Source: Tubulanus polymorphus (taxonomy: Eukaryota; Animalia; Nemertea). Taken from it: 64,000 nucleotides of DNA. The notes under the pieces were generated by a model, which was not told the origin of the DNA, did no database searches, and was given only the letters and a program-made list of their open reading frames with translations. The position numbers and the translations under genes are program-made. Each line of letters begins with the position of its first letter. The first letter of the stretch is position 1. Of this stretch, positions 39,731 through 52,115 are shown piece after piece. Where the stretch lies: the NCBI RefSeq assembly GCF_964204645.1, contig NC_134026.1, forward strand, positions 10,501,950 through 10,565,949. The letters run 5' to 3'.

Positions 39731-40850
39731 AAATTTTTTGACGCCTTATAAAACGTTACCATTATGAAACCTAAACAATGTTAACCATTCAGCGTCATTT
39801 TACAAACGACAACCGTAAATCGATGTGCAAAACGTCACAGGTTTATGTGTACACATACAAGCTATTTGGCAAAATATTATTGAAAAAGATGTAGAATGGC
39901 TCCCTGGGATTATATAATGACCTCTATTTGAACGTCGAAATGTTATATCGTATTGAATATCATGAGAAGACGTATTGTAATAGTAAAGGATGTATGATTA
40001 TATCAGGGGCGGCAGGGATAAATAGAAATGATAAGTAAATCGGATTATTCGGTTAAATGGCGGATGTATACACGATTTGGAAGTCTGATATAAAAGTCAG
40101 ACCCTGACATGGGGATGCTAGTGGAATGACGAAGCTATCTACGATCTGAGTTGGGCCGGCGTGAATTTCATCGGCGGCTACAAGCGGTCTATATAAAAAC
40201 GTGTAAACATATAATTTCAATATTCAAATGGTTTAGAAAATATGTTCGATATTAGACGTATGCAGGTTTCATGAGATTAGCAATTTATAGTAGCATAGCT
40301 GTCATATACGGCTCCGCGTCCGCTGATGGCATGTGTATAAGGTGACAATTAAATTCAATACTTTATTGATCCTTATTACATTGAAATTCCGGGATAAAAT
40401 TCCAAAAATCAATACATTTACAAATTTTAAAATAAGAAAATACAAGACACACAGGTAATTCATACAGAATAACATGAAGAAGTTAATTATATGACAATGT
40501 CTACTTCAACCCAGACTCAAGTCTATGATATCAAGTGACAGCCAGACCGGGCCCCAGGACCGGGCTGGCTGGCTACACGATATGCTCAAAGTCATGATGA
40601 AGCAGACATCAGAAGAGCTCTTTCTTCAACCATGGAGGCAATGAAGTTGCAGACCAGCTTAGAGGCAAAAGTGAATCGAAGTCACAAGTTGACAATTTTT
40701 CTTTTATTAGACCAGTCGAAGACTGTATCATCTACCCAATCGCCAAATCTCATAATTCCCGAAATTTCTTAAAACTTCGATTTCAAATTTGCAATTCCAC
40801 ATTAGCTTATACCAGAAATTCTACATTTTTTCGCAGGCGTCAAATAATTT
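39731..40850. mobile_element. ~1.1-kb non-autonomous element with short TIRs, in P-transposase intron
   Basis: Ends TTTTTTGACGCCT / AGGCGTCAAA; full-length inverted homologue at 51012-52115. Confidence 0.8.
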
Positions 40851-41199
40851 ATTAAAGTTAATTTTCTTGTTGATTTCTCATTTCTTTCAGTGGTTGGAGA
40901 ATAAATTATAATAATATTTATTTCGCAATGTACATATGCAAAACAATTTACATACATACGAGGCTGGATGCTTGGAAAGCCAATGGAGGCTGCGTCCCAT
41001 AGGGATCCAAGCACCCAGAAAAAAAGATCAAAATTTAATGAAATAAGGTAGAATGAGGGTGAAATGGAAATGCAAAATGGGAGTAATCTGTCCGCTGTAG
41101 AAGTTTTAGATACATCAGTTTGATTCATTAACTTCAAAGAATTGTGCTTTAAATGACTTAAGACCAGAATTGGATTTGGGTTCAATAGCCATTAAAAGT

Positions 41200-43110
41200 G
41201 ATTTCCTTAAATCTGTTTATTAGAGTGTGGACTGTTGGAGCATTTTTGATTGAGGAATTTTGAGTTTGCCAGATAATTGGTATTTTTCCAAGAAAAAATC
41301 TATTATATAAACTTGATGAATAGGCAGCAACTCTCGGATAGTCTCTTTGTCTAGTATTATAGTTGTGGTTGAATGAGTTTTTTTGAAAGATAGCAAGAAT
41401 GGGCTAGTTAGGAAGGCTAGTTTTAGTATATCTATAGCCAGTTTTAACCAATTCCAGTTTGATCAAGTCGTCAAGCTTCAAGATTTTCATAATTTTTTAT
41501 ACGTCTAATTAAATACAGGTTTTTGTTGATTTTTGAAATTATACTTCGGACATGCTCTTCAAAAGTTAAGTTCTCGTCAATATTAAGTCCTAGTAAAGTA
41601 AAGCTAGTCACCCTCTTTATTGTGTCATTTCCAAATTTTAGTTCTATATCGTCGAAATTTACTTTAAACGACCATGGTTTAAATGGCATATATGCTGTTT
41701 TGCTGATATTCAGGGTTAATTTATTTGCTTTAAACCAGTCAATAATAGAAATTAAGTCAGATTTGACATTTTGCACAAGTAATCTCAAATTTTTTCCACT
41801 TGCTACTAGTGTACTGTCATCTGCAAAGAGAATAGATTTACAATACTTTAGGGACCCCGACAAATCATTTGTATAAATAATAAAAAGCAGTGGCCCTAAA
41901 ATTGAGCCCTGTGGTATTCCAAAGTCGACATTTTTAATACGGGACTTAGCATTTCTAAATTCAACAAACATTTTTCGATTTTTCAGGTAACTTGTGAACC
42001 ATTTTAGGGCTGTTTCCCGAATTCAAAGATATGATAGTTTAGATAAAAGAATGTCAATGTCTAGTGAATCGAATGCTTTCGAAAGATCTAAATATATACT
42101 TAACATAAATTGTTTAGAATCAATGCTGTCTATGGCATGACTCAAGAATTCTGATAGGGCATCGCAGGTCGAGTGATTTTCTCTAAATCCGTATTGACTT
42201 GGATAAAGTAAACTAAATCTTTTAATGAAAGTATATAGCCGTTTGTGTACTATTCTTTCAAGAACTTTTGATAAAACTGGCAAAAGAGAAATAGGTTTGT
42301 AATTATTCATATCGTCCTTACTTTTATTTTTGTATATAGGAATAACTTTGGCAATTTTCATGCTGGTAGGGAAGTGACCTTCAGCCATTGACTTATTGAA
42401 TACTACAGTGAGTGGTTCAGCTATTTCATGGCCAATGGACCTGATCAAAATATTGTTCAAATCATCGTGTCCACAGCTCGATTTACTTGGGAGATTAATA
42501 TAACTTTTAATACCTCGTTAGAATCTGTGGGGAAGAGAAAAATAGAAGATTCATTACGGTTTCGAAGATATTTGTCAAAAGATTTATTTGGTATGGGAAT
42601 ATTTGAAGCGTACGATTTACCCGCCGTACTAAAATAATCATTGAATGAATTACTTATTTCAAGTGGTTCATTGATAACCCTCCCACTCACAGTAAATGAA
42701 TCGGAAGTAATACTGGTTTTATCATTTTGTTTCCCAATGATTTTTTTTGAGAAGCTCCAAAGTTGTTTGGCATTATCTTTATATGTTAGAATTCTTTTGG
42801 CGTAATATGCCTTTTTAGCTCGACGTTTGATGTAGTTCAGATTATTACGATAATTTAAGTACGCGATATAACGAGGATCGGTTTTATTTAAGCTAATGAC
42901 TTTTCTATAGATTCTATCTTTCTTTCTGGTAGCTTTACATAAGCCTGTTGGCATCCATGGCTCAATGATAACAGTTTTTTTATAGGTATTTGATATACAG
43001 GGGGAAATGTCATCTAATACAGTTTTAATGTTTTCAATGATATGATTGTATCCCTCTTCGCTACTTAGATTATTAATTTGGTTCCAGTCCTTTCTCAAAA
43101 GGGAATTTCT
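41200..43110 (-). mobile_element. CR1/L2-group LINE ORF2 (RT) fragment in P-transposase intron
   Basis: EPWMPTGL, KIAKVIPIYK, YKPISLLPVLSKVLER, QYGFR, DLSKAFD, GIPQGSILGPLLFIIY, FADDS, NKLTLNISKT. Confidence 0.92.
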
Positions 43111-43707
43111 GATATCAAAAATTTTTTTTTTAGATAGATCTCTATAAGTATATTGATGAGTAATTCATACCATTCTTTGAAAATTGGGAAATTCAGTGTC
43201 TCCAAAAAGTCGATTTGCCAATCAGATTACGAAGAAGAATGTGTTTAAGTCGAGAAACACTTCAAGGATTGCGAATAACTGGTAAGTTTCATTGATGGAT
43301 ATCATATTATTTATTACATAAACAATTACACTGTATGTACATATACATAATACATCGTATGGTTTGAAATTAAAATCTATATGAAATGCTTTGTTACAGT
43401 CAAATCCGCTGTCAATTTGATTAAAGAGCTTTTGAACGAAGATGGTGTACAGTACGTATTGACAGCAAAATTTAATCAGGACCCGTTAGAAATATACTAT
43501 AGCAAGCAACGTAGATGTGGAGGCTCAAATGATAACCCGTCTGTGAAAGAGTTTCAACAAAATGCAAGAAAACTGCTTGTTGCATGTTCCAAGACAAAAA
43601 AAAGGTTCTTCGAGAGGAAACTGCACAATCGTTCAAGAAAATGGCGACTCAGTCATAAATTCAGCACCTATACCTAGACGAAAATCAACTCATTAAATGG
43701 TAAAAAT

Positions 43708-45355
43708 TCAGTGACACTCATTCTGAGTTTTTAATTTTTCTCTTAAACATTTTTCTCGTTTTTTGGCAGTTTTACCAGCTTTCTGTGACAGGTACATGTA
43801 TGCGCGACTGAAAGTATGAAGTCGCACTGTAACCCAGCAGTCAACCACTTTAGCGAACAACGAATCTTTAATTGAATGACATTCTGCATTTGCCACCAGT
43901 AATGACCAGCTTGTTTGTATTGAATCATCATTCATAACTGTCTCTTCAACAGTTGAACGCAAATCTTGACGAAGTCTCATAACATTATTTGTCTTTAATA
44001 TTGGATTGATAATAGTTTCTAACATTTCAAAGAACCTGTATGCAGTCGCTGACATCTCGAATAAACCCCCCCTGTTCACAATTTCTGTCCATTTCTTGGT
44101 ATATACCATGAAATTTTGTGTACTTGACACTCCTGGAGACACTTTCCATAACTTTAATAAGTTCGTAAATATATGTGCACGTTGATTTTTACATTTTCTG
44201 TAGTGATTAATCAGCTTAGCAAATACATAACCACCCAAATAGTACACGACTTGCTTTTCAGTCTCTGTCAAGGTCAAATTACCTGCATTTATTTCCAGTG
44301 ATTGTTTATCAGGATTTTTGTGCCTTTTTTTCAGAATTTCTTTAAGAAGATTTTCAAGAATTATCTGTATGAGAAAATGGTCACTACCCATGGGAGGAGT
44401 TTCTGATACTGTTTTGAACCTTTGTATAAAATTCATGGCTGGTGCCGAAGTAGCTCTCCATGAAATTTCGAAAAGACTGCGATTTGTTTTTTTTGGAAAC
44501 TGTGTTTCATTGTCACCCGCTGTCACAGCAATCCAAATTTTTTCCAAAAGTTCCGTTAATAATTGATTTAAAGCGTCTTTATAATTTGGGTTTCAATTAA
44601 TTTTAAAACTGTGGTAGCATTTTCCAAAAGTTCCGAATTATTTATAACCGAGTTGAGAATATCCTTTACAGCATCACAAAATAGCTGAATTCTTTCCTGT
44701 TGGAGCTCACTCAATGAATATTTTGCCTTGTCTGAAAATGAAATAATATGATGTTAAAATATTATTATTATATATTATATAGGGCAATTAATTATTAATA
44801 TTAAATTATTATTAAAGCAAAAAATAAATATTTTAAATCACCATGCGGGAATACTTACTCTGGAAGTTCTGAGTTCTTTTTTTCGTTTTCTTTACTGTAG
44901 GAACATTTGATTTCTTCTGAGGTTTTACTTGTAGCTCTTTGTCTTTGACCTTGTCATCCTTCATCGAATTTGAGGAGTCTTTCAGAAAAGTGTGTTCAGC
45001 AGCTTGCCCCACAAGAAAAAACAAAATATCTGTACTTACAAACGATTATTTATATGAAGATGATTAGATCCAGATGGAGAGACAGACAATTCAGAAATGA
45101 CCAACCTTTTTTGCAATTCGAACACAGAAAAACTCCGGCGTTCTCTTCCAATCGTTTTTTCAAATTCGGCACACATGACATATGATACCAAACTGTGCTG
45201 GAAGCGTGTGATTCGCACGCAATGATATCGTCTAATTCTTGAGACTTACATGTACAGTAAATTTCAAATAAATTAGAAAAATCACTGTCTTCCGATTCGG
45301 AATTATTCTCAAAATCAGATTGACTAAACCTGTACGCTATGTCATCATTCGCCAT
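43708..45355 (-). pseudogene. Spliced partner gene of the P-like element: N-terminal ING-type PHD finger plus helical domain of unknown function
   Basis: Exon 45355-45106: YCTCK..DDIIACESH...WYHMSC...FLCSNC; last exon contains VVYYLGGYVF and WTEIVNRGGLF; stop codon about a dozen bases from the transposase 3' end. Confidence 0.75.
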
Positions 45356-45859
45356 TTTGTCGAGTGTTATTGACTAGTTGCTAAGCGCCGAGTTAAGCTG
45401 AGTGCTGACGGAAATTGCCGAAGTGGAATCCCTGCCCACTGTGTAGCAGGTGCGCGATGATTGACTGCAACTATGATACGCTGCGCGAAATGAATAGGCG
45501 AGCTCTCTCCAGTCAAATGATTACTCCCAAGGATAAATGTACATCCCGAAAAGCCTACAAATTACCGGACGACCTTGAGCTTCAAACTCAACCGTAAATC
45601 ACGGATTCAGACATGGATTCGGACTAACATCAGTCCAGAACTGTTATTTACCACGAACAATAACTACAGCGGTGCTCTCTCTCTCTCTTCAAACAACAAT
45701 CTTTTATTCTAAATCTAATCACTTCTATAGTTCTTAGACTGAACCAATACTAATACTAGACTGAACAAAGATCCAGGATATACAGACAACGAAGGCGAGC
45801 CTTTAAACAGCTCAGGAGTTTATTTCACCGACATTGGTATTATTGTTTAACAGCGTTCT

Positions 45860-47690
45860 CGTTACAGGTATTATCCCAGATTGTTGGTCCATTGGAACCA
45901 TAATCCCTGTTTATAAAGGGAAGGTAGCACTGGTGACCCAGATAATTATCGAGGAATTACCTTGGTAAGCTGTTTGGGTAAGCTGTTCACCAGCATGTTT
46001 AATGATCGCCTCCAAGAATTTCTGGAATGTAATAACCTACTTTCTGAAAACCAGGCAGGATTCCGAAAAGACCATGGGATCTTAGATCACATTGTTACGC
46101 TTAAAAGTTTAGTAGATATGTTTTTCGTCACCGGGAAAAAATTATATTGTATTTTCATAGATTTTAAAAAAGTGTTTCGATACCATATGGCACAAAGCTA
46201 TTTGGCATAAACTCATCCAAATGGGAATCACTGGGAAAATTCTTCAGTTGTTATTTAATTTATATAAAAATGCAAAATCCTGTGTTAGTGTAAATGGAGA
46301 GTCATTTGGTTTTTAACGAGCTTCACAGGTTTAAGACAAGGCGAGAATCTCTCACTTGTACTTTTTTCTAACTTCGTAAATGACATGGAAGCTCACTTAA
46401 TCGACTTTTTAGCAGACGACAATACGCCATGGTTTAAACTACTTATCCTTTTAGGCCTATACGCTGACGACATGGTATTACTGGCCGAAAGTCCAAATGA
46501 ATTACAAACAGTGGTAACTAAATTTACAGAATACTGCGCCTGGTGGAATCTATTTATTAATTACGACAAAACCAAAGTCATTGTTTTCCAGAAAAGAAAA
46601 AGCCGCCAACAGTTATCAATATATGCTGATGGTAACTTAATTGAATCAGTTGATAGTTTCAGGTATCTTGGTACCATTTTTAGTTACAATGGAAAATTTA
46701 CTCTTCGTCGTAAAACGGTGGCTGCAAATGCACTAAAAGAGATGTATTTTGTATTAAAAAGGTTCAGCAGCACTCCCTTGATGTCGACTTAGCACTGCAG
46801 CTATATGACAGTATGGTTATACCTGTTTTATCTTTTGGCTGTGAAATTTGGGGTGATCTATCTATGTTAGAAAGAGTACAATTATCATCTTTCAAGTACC
46901 TTTTGAAACTAAGGATAACTACCCCAACGGTATTTGTGTAAGGAGAACTGGACCGCTACCCTATCGAAATTCTAGTCAAATGCAGAATGGTTAAATTTTT
47001 AGTCAAATTGAAGCTTGGAAGTAAACTATCATCGTATATGTATAAAGCATTATATAAATATTATGATAATGGCAATGAAAATTCGTGGTTATCATTTATA
47101 TGGGACACTTTGGAAAGAACTGGTCTTGGAGAGTTCTGGCTAACTGAGAACTCTCCAAGCCCAGACTATTTAGCACATACCCTCTCCCGCCGATTAAAGG
47201 ATCAATATATACAAACATGGCAAGCTTTATGTATGTAATCAAACTCGAGTTGCCGACACCTATAAATCATTCAAGACAACTTGGGGTCTGGAAAGGTATC
47301 TCACTGACTTGCCAACAGACTTACGGATTTCATTTTGCCGATTCGCTGTTCAAACCATGTATTACACCCCGTGAGAAGAGAGAATATGTGCTAAATGCAA
47401 CGCAGCCCTTCTTGGAGACGAATATCATTTGTTAATTTGTCCCTTTTTCAATGACAAACGCGCAGCGCACATAAAATCCTACTACAGATTTAGACCAAGT
47501 CATTTAAAACTCTGCCAACCTATAAATTCTACAGGAAGAAGTCGTCTCAACTTATTACTTTATGTTAGAAAAGGCTTGAAATACTTTTGAACTATTGTTA
47601 TATTTGCCATCTTGTTAAAAACAATTTTTGTAAATCTGTACTTTTTGCTCTATGCAAATTATCTTTTGTGAGCAATAAAATATGAATGTA
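45860..47690 (+). mobile_element. 5'-truncated LINE RT (RTEX-like), decayed
   Basis: NYRGITLVSCLGKLF, ENQAGFRK, FIDFKK, GLRQGENLS, LYADDMVL, FRYLG, GCEIWG, GDEYH..C zinc motif, AATAAA at ~47674. Confidence 0.88.
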
Positions 47691-47898
47691 ACAACACTAA
47701 ATTATTATTTACGATTTCTCCTTTTTTATTGAAGATTTATATCACATATTGGCATCATTTATATCAGTATGAAATAACCATTTCATACATCATATTCAAT
47801 TTCATATTATCTGACTTTTTGAATATCAATTATTTAGTAAATTAAAACAGTCATACTCAAGCAGAGCTGACACGTCTTTGTTTACAATACAACTCCAA

Positions 47899-48298
47899 TA
47901 TAAAGTGACATCTGACTCGAGTGTGTTTTTATTAGAGTTAAAGGAAACTACTTCAATCAAAAGTCCGTCCATTAGTGGACCAAACTATTAGGCAAACTTT
48001 CACCTGTGTAAACACCACTGTAGCTTGGTTTCTACCCACCAATCGGTTGCCTGGTCCAAGAAGGCGGAGCCAAAACCAAGAAGGTCCAGCATAGACCGTT
48101 TTGGATCATTCTGGTTTTGGACTCTCGATAATAAAGAACGACTATTATATATCATCGTGTTTTTGGTCTTCTTGGACATTACAGGACGTTGCAGGTAAAA
48201 GGTGGACAAAACCAGGGTCCCAGGCTGTGCGACCAACGTCTGACTAGATTCCCCGTCTAAGTCCAAAGCATTGTTATAAAGTCTAAAGCGTTATTATA
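47899..48298 (+). repeat. LTR (400 bp) with TATAA...TTATA termini
   Basis: Near-identical to 50109-50744; immediately followed by PBS TGGTGGAGAACGC (48300-48312) and a gag-like ORF. Confidence 0.8.
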
Positions 48299-48321
48299 AT
48301 GGTGGAGAACGCTCGTTCCTG

Positions 48322-48936
48322 ATGCCACAGCCTGGTAAAAATAATCAGTACCTATTGAGAAGTGGTACGTCAACTCCTGCTCCGATTATCGTACAACCCG
48401 GTTCGGTGGAAGCAAGCGATCAAGAAAGCTATTCTTCGGTGGACAATAATATGGCTTTTGATAGTAGCGTATGTGCTACTGAATCGCCGATAGATCCAGA
48501 AGTAGTCGCATTCGATAAGATATCAATGAAACAAAATTTGACCAAATTCGATGGTTTACAAAATGTTGATGCGTGGATACGCCAGTTCGAGCTCTGGGCC
48601 CGTCATCATGCTGTACCGAACTCGCTACAGCCGTATTATTTTATTTCGAACATAACATGCTGTACCGAACATTCGGTGATAAATGGGCTGAGTGAAATTG
48701 AACAAGATGATATTGTGAAATTAAAAGATGCGTTGCGTCGTAGGTTCCAACCGGTAACAGATGTCCTATTATCTGGCATCAATCAGGGTAGAACCGAATC
48801 GACGAAGGATTATCTAGATCGTGTGGAAAGAGCGGCCACGACATCAACTTGCGGTACCACCGAAATCGTGCATCTTGCTTTGAATGGCATACGTGACCAG
48901 CTGAAGCCGTATCTGGTAATAAACCCGCCTAAGTAG
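48322..48936 (+). CDS. gag: Gypsy-like gag N-terminal/capsid fragment, truncated
   Basis: YLLRS motif, KFDGLQNVDAWIRQFE, LKDALRRRF, QGRTESTKDYLDRV, ALNGIR; directly after PBS. Confidence 0.8.
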   Translation: MPQPGKNNQYLLRSGTSTPAPIIVQPGSVEASDQESYSSVDNNMAFDSSVCATESPIDPEVVAFDKISMKQNLTKFDGLQNVDAWIRQFELWARHHAVPNSLQPYYFISNITCCTEHSVINGLSEIEQDDIVKLKDALRRRFQPVTDVLLSGINQGRTESTKDYLDRVERAATTSTCGTTEIVHLALNGIRDQLKPYLVINPPK

Positions 48937-49614
48937 TTGATTTTCACGATTTCAGATATCAGGCAGCTTATTCACGATTCCAATATATTGATACATTTGG
49001 ACTTAATCCCTCCTTCAGTATTTTGAAAACATAGAGATCTTCTACAGTCTGATTTATAGTATATCTTAAAGAAATCGAAATGGATTATTTTCTCTTTAGA
49101 TATTGAGAAAAGATTCTGCAGGGTTAATATGTGCTAGTGGCCTGACGTCAACCACAAAATTTTCTTTTCGTTCTGCAGACCTTGTTTATATGGTTTAGTT
49201 TTCATTGTAGAAGCAATATACAGTAATTATTAATATGGGGGAGAGGTATCGAAATATTTTGGTTAACTTTCAATTCTTTTCCGATAGGCTTGGTTAGGTA
49301 TCTCACTTTTGTGTTGTTTGTGGTAAAAGTGACTCTTTGTTTACAACTACTGATTAATCTGTTTACCATGTCACATGTATGCTAGGTAGGAAAGGTTTCT
49401 GAAAGTGTTCGTTATTTAGTAAACTTCCACCCAGTCCAACGATTTCTTGAGAATGTTGTTGTAGACAGTATCTTCAAATTTTTGGGTATTTTAACGAAGT
49501 TGTTAGTTGACTTATCCATAAAGGATATATACGTTTCATGCGTATTGGCTAATATCTAATTCGAAAATAGAAACAAGAGGTATAATGAATAGTATTTAGG
49601 GAAAATTATTATTA

Positions 49615-49877
49615 TTTTGCGTGTGACCGTATTGATGCGGCGGAAACCACTGCGCATGCGTGGAAACTTTCCGAAAGGTTAAGATCAGTGCAAGTTCAAT
49701 TGATTTTTCTCAAAAACCTCTGTCAAGCCAAGGCAATCACACTTCTAAGGAAAGTATCAATTTTTGAATTGATATAGAAAAACTATAATGTGTAGTTTGA
49801 TTGACAGCTCACAAGCGCTCGGAAGTTGCCGCGTATGCGCAGTGGTTTCCGCCGCATCAATACGGTCACAGGCAAAA
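49615..49877. mobile_element. Palindromic MITE-like element
   Basis: ~46-bp inverted arms TTTTGCGTGTGACCGTATTGATGCGGCGGAAACCACTGCGCAT / ATGCGCAGTGGTTTCCGCCGCATCAATACGGTCACAGGCAAAA. Confidence 0.8.
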
Positions 49878-50108
49878 GCGAAGCCGTTTCATCCCTTGTT
49901 ATTTTAATATAGTAAGACGTCGCGCCCGCTGATACTGATCCTTAACAGCCAATTGTTTATCGGAACTCTATAGTGGATAAATAAACAACATCAAAATAAA
50001 GTATTTCTGTGATATTTTGAATTTATGTGCAGTTTAAATTAAGCGCCATTCTCGCGAGATTATCAACAACCCGGAAGTAAAATCCAAGCCAGTTTACAAG
50101 CCCCTGTG

Positions 50109-50744
50109 TATAAAGTGACATCTGACTCGAGTGTGTTTTTATTAAAGTTAAAGGAAACTACTTCAACCAAAAGTCTGTCCATTAGTGGACCAAACTATTA
50201 GGCAAACTTTCACCTGTGTAAACACCACTGTAGCTTGGTTTCTACCGACCAATCGGTTGCCTGGTCCAAGAAGGCGGAGCCAAAACCAAGAAGGTCCAGC
50301 ATAGACCGTTTTGGATCATTCTGGTTTCGGACTCTCAATAATAAAGAACGACTATTTTATATCATCGTATTTTTGGTCTTCGTGGACATTACAGGTAAGC
50401 AAACCGTAAACTTGAGTTAAGCAATATTTGTACTAAACTAGTAGTGCAATGTAAATCTTTTAGGCAGATTTGTTTTTGTATTGAAACCTATATCATGTAG
50501 GCCTTTATCTTATAATTAATATTTGTAATCAACATAATAAGACTACAATAAGCATTCTGGTTTTGAACTCTCAATAATAAAGAACGACTATTATATATCA
50601 TCGTGTTTTTGGTCTTCTCGGACATTACAGGACGTTGCAGGTAAAAGGAGGACAAAACCAGGGTCCCAGGCTGTGCGACTACCGTCTGACTAGATTCCCC
50701 TTCTAAGTCCAAAGCGTTGTTATAAAGTCTAAAGCGTTTTTATA
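50109..50744 (+). repeat. Second, longer copy of the LTR (636 bp)
   Basis: Same start/end as 47899-48298 plus a duplicated ~80-bp block flanking ~155 bp of extra sequence. Confidence 0.82.
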
Positions 50745-51011
50745 TGAATGAATGATTAACCCCTTATTACATGATTAATACATAATATTACTATATTCGC
50801 AATTTCCAGATTTTATCATCCTTGAATCAAAATACGCACGCAGCGCACGTCTCCCAATCTCATCTGTGTTTGTTTTTTTACAGCACACGTGTGATAACTA
50901 TGCTGTACGTTCCCACGGATTTCCGTAGTACAATAGCGACATATAAGGGTCTATGTGTATAAACTAGCTCCAACCTCTAAATCAGTGTTGAACAAGAAAA
51001 TTGATTCTAAT

Positions 51012-52115
51012 AAATTTTTTGACGCCTGCAAAATGAAGAATTTTTGGGATAAGCTAATGTAGAATTGCAAATTTGAAATTGAAGTTTTAAGAAATTTGGG
51101 AAATTATGAGATTTGGCGATTGTAGATGATACAGGTCTTGCCGACTGATTTTTTTATTGAAAATTGTCAATAATTGATCACATGTGACCGACTTCATTCA
51201 CTTTTGCCTCTAAGCTGGTCTGCAACTTGCCTCCATGGTTGAGGAAAGAGCCCCCTTCTGATGTCTGCTTCATCATGACTTTGGAGCATATCGTGTGGCC
51301 TAGCCAGCCGGCCGGGTCCCCGGGTTTGACTGTCACTCGATATCCTCTTGAGTCTAGGTTGAAGTAGACATTGTCATTTAAAATAACTTGTTTATGTTAA
51401 TCTGTATGAATTACGCATGTGTCTTGTATGTTGTATTTTCTTATTTTAAGAATTGTAACTTTATTGAATTTGGAATTTTATATGTTATAAGGATCAATAA
51501 AGAATTGAATTGTCACCTAATACACAGGGACGCGGAGCTGTATATGACAGCTATGCTATTATAAATTGCTTATCTCATGAAACCTGCATACCCCTAATAT
51601 CGAACATATTTTCTATAACATTTTAATATTGAATTTATACGTAAACACATTTTTATATTAACCGTTTGTAGCTGCCGATGAAATTCACGCCAGCCCTACA
51701 CAGATCGTAGATAGCTTCGCCATTCCACCATTATCCCCATGTCAGGGTGTTACTTTTATATCAGACTTCCAAATCGTGTATACATCCGCCATTTTGACCA
51801 AATAATCCGATTAACTTATCATTTCTATTTATGCCAGCCGCTTCTGATATAATCATACATCCTTTACTATAACAATACGTCTTCTAATGATATTCAATGC
51901 AATATAACATTTCCACGTTCAAATAAAGTTCATTATATATTCACAGGAAGACATTCTACATCTTTGTCAATAATATTTTGCCAAATAGCTCGTATGTGTA
52001 CACATAGACCTGTGACGATTTGCACATCGATTTACGATTGTCATTTGTAAAATGACGCTGAATGGTTACCATTTTTTAGGTTTCATAATGGTAACGTTAT
52101 AAGGCATCAAAAAAA
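51012..52115. mobile_element. ~1.1-kb non-autonomous element, inverted copy of 39731-40850
   Basis: Colinear reverse-complement similarity along its length; TIR TTTTTTGACGCCT / AGGCATCAAAAAA. Confidence 0.8.

Larger units (their letters stand above)
37279..43695 (+). pseudogene. Spliced P-element/THAP9-family transposase with N-terminal RAG1-CND/Chapa-like zinc domain; stops, frameshifts and intronic insertions
   Basis: QMRWH, LPHKTTLRDY, IIAFDEIKIK (D), GIVSDGASAN (D), FCDVPHLMK, RMNVKLAAQV, RFFDCLN, LSRETLQGLRIT, FNQDPLE (E), KQRRCGGSNDNP; N-terminus CRICG...KIDVKND..P.YLCKSC...W.DNNVTCRSC. Confidence 0.88.
36487..45531. mobile_element. Two-gene P-superfamily DNA transposon with TIRs and 7-bp TSD
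   Basis: TIR CTTGGAGTAATCATTTGACTGGAGAGAGCTTGCCTA vs TAGGCGAGCTCTCTCCAGTCAAATGATTACTCCCAAG; GATAAAT duplicated at 36480-36486 and 45532-45538; convergent genes inside. Confidence 0.88.

Noticed and set aside
36487-45531. Bona fide ProtoRAG/Transib element
   Set aside because: Catalytic core is P-type, TIRs lack a CAC heptamer, TSD is 7 bp not 5 bp, and the partner shows no kelch repeats
48940-49560. Possible decayed LINE fragment on the minus strand
   Set aside because: No motif could be recognised with confidence
47899-50744. One intact LTR retrotransposon bounded by the two LTR copies
   Set aside because: No shared TSD, no polypurine tract before the second copy, no pol, and unrelated sequence in between
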